This document shows, piece after piece, positions 54,066 to 64,000 of a stretch of 64,000 nucleotides of DNA. Positions within the stretch are counted from its first letter, which is position 1, and every line of letters begins with the position of its first letter. Below the pieces are notes generated by a model that was not told the DNA's origin, ran no database searches, and saw only the letters and a program-made list of their open reading frames with translations. Location of the stretch: contig OZ024743.1 of the NCBI GenBank assembly GCA_964016885.1, positions 298,282,001-298,346,000 on the forward strand, read 5' to 3'. Both the position numbers and the translations under genes were made by a program. This DNA comes from Eledone cirrhosa (taxonomy: Eukaryota).

Positions 54066-54415
54066 TATATATCGATATAGATGATTGTATATAAACGTGA
54101 GTGTGTGTGTAAACCAGCATTCAAATCCATGGAAACACTGGCCGTGAAACACAAGCATCGCTGATAACACAGAGAATCTCTTATGGTTGTCTCCTAACCT
54201 GTTGGAAATAGCAGTCAGGTTGGTGAACATACCCGCTATGGTTTTATTCTTTGATGTTATGAAATGAGTATCAATAAACCTTGCTGGGTTATACCCTTAT
54301 TCCATTGGTGTACTTTTTGATTGTCAGTTTTTGTTTTTGTGTGATGACACCAACCAACTCACAATTTTAACCCTTTTTGGTCAACTCAAGATATGTATAA
54401 GTACTTGTATGTACA

Positions 54416-54474
<59 letters not shown>

Positions 54475-54499
54475 ATATATATATATTGAGACCTGCATC

Positions 54500-57400
54500 A
54501 CTAATATCCCCCCTCTCCCACTATTACCAAATATAACTGGCTGGTAAGTAATATTATAAACAAGGTAACAATGTGAACGGACAGCTCTGGGTGAGCACGC
54601 CTACTCTCCTTTTTAGACACAAAGCCAGCACTAAGCCATCATTCACCACCAGAAACATAATACTGCCTCCCCAAGACTTCAGAGCTGCAACCATCAATGT
54701 ATAGACGCTGAAAGGTAGGTTAGGTGAGATTGTGGAGATGCTCGAGTGTAAGATGATGTATGCTGTATACAAGAGACCTGGCGGAGTGGAGAATCTTCCA
54801 AACTCCTAGTAGATAGAAAACAACGTTTTAAATTCTTCTGGAAAGGCTTGGCGGTGTAGGTATTATGCTAGCTGGTAAATAGTTGGACAAGTTAATCACA
54901 GTAAATAGAATATATGACAGGTTCATCTCACTTAGGCTCATCGTAAACAGAAAAATGGTACCAATCGTCTTGTCTATGCATCCCAATCCAGTCTGCCAGA
55001 CGAACCTGTTTACGAGTCCCTAATAAGTGCAACCTCCCAAACCAGTAAAACTGACTTCGCCATTATTACCGGCGACTTCAATGTGGGGAGACTAATTGAT
55101 GGATACCATGGGGGTTCATGGAGTTTTCGTGTTTCTGAGGCTCCTAGAATTCTGCAATACAACTTTAAGAAACCAGCTAAAATGACTATATCCTCACCAG
55201 AAGAGAAGACAGAGCAACGGTTGTAAACACAAAAAGCATCCCAGATGAGGAATGCACATCGCATCATAACCTGATAATCAGCATCTTTAGAGCCAGAACC
55301 AGATAGACCCGGAGTCAGAAAACCACCCCGAGAAGGATATGGAAGCTGAAGGAGTCCCAGCTTGTAACAAATTCAAGAGATTCTTACTTGACACCTTTGA
55401 TAGCAAGGAAGAAATGAAGATATACGATATTGAGGCTTCTTGATAGATAACCTACTGAAAGGGACAATTGAGATTTGTGGATGGTGCAAGGCCCCGGGGA
55501 GGAGTAGTAGAATCACTTGGTGGTGGAATAACTAGGTGGACGGGGCAATTAAGCCAAAAGATAAGCATGGAAAAACGGAGGGAGCAGGCACTCCTAGGAA
55601 GAAGCCAGAAGAGAGGTTAGATGGCAAGAAATAAAGAAAATGAAATGTTTGAGGACCAAAAATGATAGGTGTTGAGGATTGTAAAACCGAGATGTTATTG
55701 CCCTCTGGGACACCAAAAAGAAAGCCTGCCCCAAGCAACAGATGGTCTATCTGTACGTGTAAGCAACAACCTAGTAAGTAAGGCAATTAAAAATATGAAG
55801 ACTGGTAAAGCAATCGGACCATCGGGTATAATTGCTGACATGTTGAAAGCATCTGGGATGATAGAGCATATCCTAACTACCCTTATTTTAGACCAAATAA
55901 TAGAGAACGGTGTCATTCCCAGTGACTGGAATAGCAGCAGCATTGTCAACAGCCACATGAGTAAAGGAAATGCTCTAGAGAGAAGTAACTACAGAGGCAT
56001 CTAGCTGATTGACCAGGTCATGAAAAGAGTCATCGCACAACTGATTAGAGATCATATACCTAGACGAGATGCAGTTTGGATTTGTGCCGGTAAAAAGCAC
56101 CACCGACACCCTCTTCCTTGTAAAGCAAATGCAGGAGAAGTACTTGGCTAAAAGCAAGCCACTCTACTTAGCATTCGTGGATCTAGAGAAAGCTTTTGAC
56201 AGAATCACTTGACCCATAATATGCTGGGCCTGTAGTGAAATTACTTTGTAGTTTGCAACATTAATTTTTCATGCACAATTTGGTTAGGTTGACCAATCGT
56301 AAGTCGCGCATGAATATAAATAACTTCCGCTCAGAAAAAGATTTTTGTGCTTCTTTGTTGACTAAACTCTAGTTGCTGTTTTGACATCAAGTAGCTAACA
56401 TCCATTTTCCCTTTCTCTGTCAACACTAGCAAAAATGTAACGGTAATCAAGAAATATTGGCCCTGTCTGCTAGGGACCACTTTCTATGCATCAAACACTT
56501 ATTTCGTTTATTCATTTTCCGGCATGCCGGCTCAACATTTTGTAAACCTGTTTTGGTTGTAAATAAATTGTGTAAAAAAGTTATAAAGCCTTATGATATT
56601 TCTGCCACCAACGAATCTTGCATGCACACTAAAATCATAACGTTGGACGTAATATGGGGAACATCTGTTTTCCCAAGGTTCTATCACCACAACAGCAAGT
56701 GAGTAAAGTTTTTGTTTCCTTTAATAGAACCTAGCAAATCTCGACTCACTGAGGATTTAATCTACACTGACTCACTTGCCTACAACTATGTTTCTTTCGT
56801 GGCGACAACTGAATACAACCATTATCCAATAACGTTACATCATATTTTCCCGCTAGAACATACAAACAAAACATCTCCCGCTATAAATATTCTTTTTCAG
56901 CTAACATTGCCACCCAAATAAAACCTACATTTTTTTTGCTAGTACAACAAACAGCTTTATTGCTAAAAGCCCTCAGAAAACGAGGTGTAAATAAGTGGCT
57001 CATGAAAGCTGTACAGGCCATGTACATAGGGTCCACCAACAAAGTTAAAATCAACTGAGGAATTCAGCATACAGATGGGGGTTCACCAGGGTACCATCCT
57101 TAGCCGCCTTCTCTTCATTATTGTCCTACAGGTTATAACAGGAATTTTATACTGGTTTCCCTTGGGAACTATACGCCAACAACCTGACTCTCTTAGCCGA
57201 TTCTATGACAGTATTAGAGAAGAAATTCTAAACATGGAGGCACAGCTTGGAAATAAAATGCCTTAAAGTCAACCTGGCAAAGACCAAAATCCTAGTGTGC
57301 AGAAAAGGAAAATGGGCTCTGATCCCCTCCAGGAAATGACCTTGCTCGCTATGCATGAAAGGAGTAGATAGAAACTCAATCCAGTGTCCCAAATGCAAAC

Positions 57401-58275
57401 TGGGTATACAAGAGATGTAGTGGGAAAACAGGCAGACTAGCGAAAAAAACAGACTTCATATGTGGACCCTGGACAGGGTTAGAGCAAAGACCCTCAGGTA
57501 GCAAGCTCCTTCAATCGCACAGAAATAGTTAGCAGCTTTTGCTATCAGGATAACCAAATCAGCTGTGGAGGTGGTTGGGCAGAAAGTAGTTGCCAGAGTA
57601 AGAACTGGATGGAAAGAGTTCAATAAGCTACTACCATTGCTCCAAGGTATCTCACTTAAGATAAAAAGCAAGCTGTACGATGCCTGTGTGCGCTCAGCAA
57701 TGTTTCATGGAAGCGAAACATGGGCTATGCATGCTGAGGATCTTTGGAGATTGGAAAGAAAGGAAGCCTGCATGATCAGATGGATGTGTAACAGTAGTGT
57801 ACATGAATGGCAAAGTGTAAATGTACTGAGTGCGAAACTGGGTATAAGAGGGATCAAATTCTGTGTGTCGGAGAGAAGACTGCGGTGGTATGGCCACAGG
57901 ATGTGCATGAAGGATGACGGCTGTTTAAAAAGGTGCAGGGCATTAGAGGTTGTAGGATGCCCCAGAAGAGGAAGGCGTGGAATGAAACGATAAAGGTGAA
58001 CCTGGCTCAGCTGAATCTCCCAGTGGAGATGACATGACCAAGTTGTCTGGTGCTACAATGTACAACAAAAGACCCGTGTTGACAACTCAAACCCGAACTC
58101 GGCTCATGATGGTACCACCCAGCTCCACACTGTAAATGTGGTTGGTGTTAGGGAAGACATCCAGTTGTATATTTACAGTTGCATCCTGGCAATGTATGGT
58201 GGTGAGGCTAATCTAACAAGATTTGTCTTATGAGATGGATGACCCGTCTAACCCATGCAAGCATGGGAAAATTTA
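54500..58275 (+). mobile_element. Old full-length RTE LINE, heavily decayed, split by an insertion
   Basis: APE, RT ([18 protein letters not shown]) and C-terminal (RLRWYGH) remnants colinear with 43083-46788. Confidence 0.9.
56231..56967 (+). mobile_element. Probable solo LTR inserted in the RTE
   Basis: Interrupts tgggcc|ctcagaaaa. Begins TGTAG, ends CTAAA (possibly decayed CTACA); ggcc/agcc candidate 4-bp TSD; tataaat and aataaa in the 3' part. Confidence 0.5.
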
Positions 58276-58285
58276 TGTGGGTATA

Positions 58286-58330
<45 letters not shown>

Positions 58331-58480
58331 GTGTGTGTGTATATATACACATATGTACGTATGGGTTATATTGAACATTAATAATAATGTTTGATTCATT
58401 TGTAAACAAACGGCCTGATTTGAAGCTGTGACGTGCCGGGGACCGATCGTCACCTGTTTGTTCAACACTGGCTTTGAGGA

Positions 58481-58523
58481 ACAATCAACATATTTCTAGG
58501 TCATTACCCTTCATCACGACTGT
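58481..58523 (-). ncRNA. Diverged family-A hammerhead (C3>G), host ~58385-58545
   Basis: Minus strand: acagtc-GTGATGA-agggtaatgaccta-GAAA-tatg-TT-gattgt. Flank cagtgttgaacaaa.aggtgacg...gtttgtttacaaa is shared with 20460-20540. Confidence 0.6.
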
Positions 58524-59609
58524 ATACCTGTTTAACGAAGGGTAAAAATAAGAAGTTATTAAATTGATTATAACAGTTATTAGATGAAAGTAATAATAAT
58601 AATAGTTGAAATAAGAAGTATAATAAGAATAAATGATTTGGTTTAATAAATGAGTTGGTTTACTTCACGTTTATCATATAAAAAAGTACAATAAAACAGT
58701 TACCAAGAGTTGTTAATTTTGTTATTGTTGTTGATGTGAAAACAGCAAGCGAACAGATAATGTTGTTGGAAGCTGGAGTTTGTGGTAGTAATTCTGAGAC
58801 CGTAGTGAGTAAGAGAGAGAGAGATATGGTTTGTATACCTCTGTTATGGTCTGTAGTAACTGTGAACCACCGTGGCCTGTAGACAGCAGTGAATCTTCCA
58901 CATTTGTGTTCTGTAGTAGTAACTAGGGCTCCAATCACTGTATTTCTGTAGACCTCTGGGGTGGTGAATCTTTCACATAGCTTGTTCTGTAGTGGGGTGC
59001 TCTTATGTCTCTATGTCTAAGGTGGGAAAATATAGGCTTTATACTTGTCGCTTTCTGCCTCCTACCTTTAGGGGATAGCCCACGCTTGAACCTGTTCACA
59101 CCAAAAGGGTGGTGACCTAGAATTTGACCTTTAGGTGTCACCCAAAGTTCAAGGCGTGGACAGATCTCGCTACACCTCTGCCAGTCTGTTGAATGGTTGA
59201 AAATATATAGTATTTTCTTAAGTACACATGGGCTGAGTAGTCTCATTTGCATACAAATGTGAGGTATCAAAACATCAAATATATATTATTTTTGTGCTTC
59301 TCAATAAAAACGTTCAATAGACTTTGTCCAGAGCTATAATAATTCAAAAGTAAAAGATAAAGGACCATATGTCCAATAGAATACATATGTTGTATATATA
59401 CAAAGCACATATTTCTCTCTGTAGCTGCCCCAAAGCCCAATCACCCTCCTCCTTCACCCCTTCACTCTCTTCTGCGACACTAGGGTTCTTGCCATACCCT
59501 CCCCTTCCCGTTCTTTTTTCTTTCCTTTTCTCTATATTTTCCTATTCTTTTTTTCTTGTGTTTCCTTTCCCTTTTTTTTATTTTATTAATGCTGTTATTA
59601 TGTATATGT

Positions 59610-59644
<35 letters not shown>

Positions 59645-59926
59645 GTTTACCTGTTAGTACTTTTTTCTAACTAAACATTAAAGCATTATATTTTACATAA
59701 GTTAATGACATTTGTCTGTTGTTAACAGGTAGATAGACAATATGAATGTGTGTCCGTGAAGCATATACACCAGGCTCGAACACAAAGGGTCCAAACTCCC
59801 ACAGTCACTGTCTCTGTCTCTCCCGCTCTCCCTATCTCTCAATATTATGAGCAAATGGCCGCCCCAGCAGACTGAATAGAGAAGGCGTTTCTTCGGAGGA
59901 TGATGATGAGTCAGTTTGATAAATAA

Positions 59927-60105
59927 TTGTTTTTACTTTTGGTACAAGGCCAGCAATTAATCCAGTGCATTACTGGTACTTTATTTTATCGACCCGTAAG
60001 GATGAAAGGCAAAGTTAACCTCGGCAGGATTTGAACTTAGACCGTAAAGGGACATAACTCTATGCTGGAAAGCATGGCGTCCGACTCTCCGTTACTGCCA
60101 ATTCA
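59927..60105 (-). mobile_element. tRNA-headed SINE relic
   Basis: Same family as 27995-28097; B-box-like gttcaaatcc on the minus strand at ~60027-60036. Confidence 0.7.
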
Positions 60106-60154
60106 TCAGCAGCCACGGGCTTGTAATGCAAGGGAAGTAACTCTGACTGTCAAT

Positions 60155-60168
60155 ATTGCCATGGTTAC
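60155..60168. promoter_or_regulatory. RFX X-box
   Basis: attgccatggttac resembles GTTGCCATGGCAAC and lies ~100 bp upstream of a ciliary-gene ATG. Confidence 0.7.
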
Positions 60169-60269
60169 CGTCGACTCAAATATATTGTTTGTGGTTCCAG
60201 AATTTGACAAAATCGAAAGGCGAAAATATTGTTTGGATTTAAGTTGAGGGATTTCCATTGTTTAGAATA

Positions 60270-60280
60270 ATGTCTCATAG
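60270..60280 (+). CDS. IQCA1: IQCA1/DRC11-like gene, first coding exon (11 nt)
   Basis: ATG TCT CAT AG|gtaagt; phase 2 joins the exon at 61801 to give MSHSCYNKMW. Confidence 0.65.
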
Positions 60281-61800
60281 GTAAGTGTACTTGAGTTGGA
60301 GGATAATCATTGATCAATTGAGTTTAATGAAAATATCGAAGACAAATACTGTTTATTTGCTTACAATATCATCATCATCACCAACATCATTCTACGTCTT
60401 CTTTCCAAGTTGGTATGGGCTGGACGGGTTATCATGTTCCGGGTCGGTTCGACCAATCTTGTCATCTTCCATGTTTGACATGGTTTCTACAGATGAATGT
60501 CCCTCCTAACACCAATCACTTGAGTGCGTTTTTGTGACACCAGGATTATTACTTTACAGAGTGGACTGGGTACATTTTACAAGGTATATTGAATGTATTT
60601 TATTGTAGAACCAGCACTGCAGATGTTGTCACTTTGCTAGGCCAGACTAAAGAGTTTTTATATTCGTTGACTTAACGATTTCTATGAAATTTTGATACTT
60701 TTTCTTGCATGAATTTAAAATAGGCTTCCCAATCACACTATAAAAGCAAAGTCGTCTAAATTCCATCGGTGGAGTAAAAGTAATACAACTCGTCAGCTTA
60801 CGGATGATGCTTGTGAGAGTGCTTGGCTGTTTCAACACCTCAGACACGCTATCACCGGCGGTATTATCTTGAATGTCTTAGATTGTGCTAAAAAGTTTTA
60901 AAGGGAAATACCAGCATACCCCGTTATTGTGGCTAATGGAGGGCGTGTGCTTTAAATTTTTTTTTTACTTTCTGACTCATCCATGTTTCTTTGTTGGAAT
61001 ATAATAATGGTTAATATAAAGAGTGGTGTACTTATGCATGGAGATGCTATAAAATAGACTGAAGACCTTTAATGATGGAAAAAGAAGTTGCTAATCTGTA
61101 TCTGGGAGATACGAAGTTCGATTCCTCAGAGTGACAAATGGCAAGTTATTTTTCCCTCTCTAAAGATCTTCATCCTATTTTATAAGCTATTTTATAGTAT
61201 CTCTGTGTATGAGCACACCACTCTTTATATTAACTTTTTCCTCCCAGCACTTCGCAAAAGTCTGAGAGATCAGCTAAGTATATGTGTGTCTATATAATAG
61301 ACCAGATATTATGTTGGGTTGGAAACAGTCAGTGTTAAGTATTTTATCAAACTTGGATAAATAAAAGGTAAAGTCAACCTTAGCAGGGTTTGAACTGTGA
61401 ATATGCTAATCCATCACTAATAGTATGTATTTAATGATTGTTTCTACATTTAGAATAGGGCCAGTAATTTAAAGGGAAGGAAAAAGTTGATTAAATTGAT
61501 CCAGGGCATTACTGGTGCTTTATTTTATCAAGCCCTTAAAGTATTGTGTCTATGTAGAAAGATAATATCAAATAAGAACATATAAATACAGATGACAAAT
61601 AGAAATTAAACCACTGGAAAGGATCATGGGTTTTGCTCTTCTCTTTCTGACTAAACAGTGAATAAAATATACATAGAATAGTGGAAAATGAGACTTCTTA
61701 TAGTTGTTTGTAAATTGAAAAAATGTTTACAACTGAGAAACGACCTGAGTTTACAGACTCTACTCATACATATTGAATGATATTTCCTGTATATTTTCAG

Positions 61801-61891
61801 TTGCTATAACAAGATGTGGGATGAGGCCCAGAAGCAAATCAAAGATATGCTATATTATGAATTGCCCCATGATTCACCTAAACCAGAAAAA
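61801..61891 (+). CDS. IQCA1: IQCA1/DRC11-like gene, second coding exon; the gene continues beyond the window
   Basis: ttttcag| acceptor, |gtaagt donor. CYNKMWDEAQKQIKDMLYYELPHDSPKPEK resembles the IQCA1 N-terminus MSNAMYNKMWHQTQEAL (recalled from memory, not searched). Confidence 0.72.
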
Positions 61892-64000
61892 GTAAGTACT
61901 GTCTTCTGTTATATATCCAATTTTTTTTTTCAAAGCTAATTTGTTCTTGTATTCATTTTTTTTATACTTCTATTCTTTTACTGGTTGGTTTCCATTATGA
62001 GTCCATGGCCATGATGAGACCTCAGCTTGAAGTGTATAGTCAGTTATATGACCATAGTCTAAAAAAAAAGTAAGTCTAAAGTATGTCTCATCTGGCAGGT
62101 GCTTATTTCAGTTTCTGTGACATGAAGCAACTGAGAGTATAAGATTCCCCACTGGACAGGACGTCAGTCGATCACATGGTTAAACCCCCAGCTATTATTG
62201 CTGGTACTCATTTTCAGCTGAATGAAACCCATGAAATTATAATCCAACACACTTACCACTAGGCCACATGCCACCATCATAGTACTTGACTAATACTTAT
62301 TTTAAGTGAACCTGAAAGAGATTTGAACTTAGACCATACAATGTAACAAAATATAAGTATTTTGTATCTGCACTTTGAATTATTCAGGAGAAAAGTGTTG
62401 CAGATAATTGAGATTTTAGGATATGTGATGATCACCTGAAGGAATGGCAGTTTGTATTTTTTTGTTACCAGCACTACCTGGTTTTCATGTTAAACACATT
62501 TGACTCCGAATAGTCCAATCCAACTAACTGTAAGCAGGTACAAAAGGATGTTATGATTCATGACTGAAAGTAACAACAGTTCTATATATCTTATGAAGAT
62601 TTTTTTATATTGAACGTCTGGATTCAAATACTCCTGTCAGTTTAGATTGAAAAAGAGTAAACTTTGTCAAATTTACTTTTCCTAGATACACTAAATGAAT
62701 ATGAAGATATTTATGATGGGCTCTACAACCTAATAAATTTATGGAACACACCAATTTTATATATGCATATAACTACATAACAATGTTTTTCAAATGTACA
62801 AAGTGGTTATTATTCTTGATTAATTATTTTATCTATATAAAAAAGTACACTTCAAATTGTTGCCTTTTCTATAATTTATTTTACATGTTAAATTTGAAGA
62901 ATTTGTAAAATAACAATGAAAATACCTATACTAGTGTGTGACCTACTTCACCAGATATTTTCAGTATCTTAGTGGTTTTGCTTCATGCCCCAGCAGCCTT
63001 CTCTATCTACTTTTCTGCATATAAAGTGTGGCCATTTCTACTTACTAAAACTTTAGTTGTTGCTAAATTTACTTTCAGGCCACTCAAATTTAGATTTGGC
63101 TTTCTTAGCTAGAATTTCTTCACTACATCTACATATGGGAACTAGTTCATCAGCATGTAGGTGTTCGCCTGGATAGTCGGTCCAATTACTCTTTTGTTAT
63201 AATGGTTTCTGATTTATGCCCAAAGCCAACAATTTTTACGGAAGGAGAAAGTTGATTAAATCGACCCCAGCGCATTACTGGTACATTTTTTTATCAGCCC
63301 CATCAGTCATGTCAAGGACATGACAGCCTCCATAGTGTTGGTGACCTACATGATAAATGCACCCAGTACAGGCTGTAAAGTGGTGACAGGAAGGACATCT
63401 AACCATAGAAAGCTTGCCAAATAAAGGGTTGGGAGGACCCTCAGTTGTGTCAAAGACATGAAAACCTCTCCTGTGCACGTGATAGGACTTGAGACCGTAC
63501 ATAAGTGAGATGCAGATCTCTGACCTGTCAGAGAGATCAGTAACCACTGCTTCAGTACTGACTTGGTCTATGTAGACCAGTTTAACCCTTGTTAGTAGGG
63601 AAAGTGGACATTAAACCAATGATAATGATGTTGATGACTAATTGTCATAGGCAAGATGGTATTTGTTTCAACAATTGTTTTTACACCTGGAAACTTCTTC
63701 CTCTATTGCTGATAGCTCAGCGACATTGTTCACTTTGCTAAAAATAAAAGCCAAATTCCTTTAATTTACTGCAGGTGGAACAGGCCAAACAAGGTTGCCT
63801 ACATATGGAATGACCAGCAGCTGAGTCACTGCTCAGACTGGGGTGTAGTGTCTGTCCCTTCCCCTCTCTCTTTCTTTCATTGCTTGATTCTTTTTCTTCC
63901 TTTCATTTCCTTTTTTCTTCCCTTTAATTGTGTTTTGTTTTTATTAGATACTGCTTAATTATTTTTATATAATGTTAATGGTTTTTAATGACATTGTGAG

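Noticed and set aside
63105-63160. Minus-strand CTGATGA-acta..tagt-GAAG
   Set aside because: GAAG instead of GAAA, and no stem I or III pairing found.

Overview
This is eukaryotic, AT-rich, repeat-dense animal DNA. The RTE LINEs with (GAT)n tails, tRNA-headed SINEs and very large TA/TACA arrays resemble octopod cephalopod genomes (inference; no database search was run). Positions 243-27625 are one polarised (TA)n/(TACA)n microsatellite field. It is interrupted by non-LTR retroelements: an R4/Dong element with an intact 1169-aa ORF plus a 3' fragment, an RTE-X, two RTE copies, five copies of a ~0.6-kb internally deleted RTE derivative, and short hammerhead-bearing elements. A symmetric, putative bidirectional promoter lies at ~28.7-28.9 kb. 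Five phase-compatible exons of a + strand BTB/POZ gene span 38357-49573. The first two coding exons of an IQCA1/DRC11-like gene, with an RFX X-box, start at ~60.2 kb. The rest is Helitron, MITE, Tigger, hAT, CRE, RTE and SINE relics plus a 200-N gap. The most notable signal is eight hammerhead-ribozyme folds from about five unrelated short non-coding families (Penelope pLTR/retrozyme-like), found by eye. Several have non-canonical features: a mismatched base of stem II, a CAGAAGA core, or a palindromic mini stem III. Almost all Y/I/M/H-rich ORFs in the ORF track are microsatellite artefacts.
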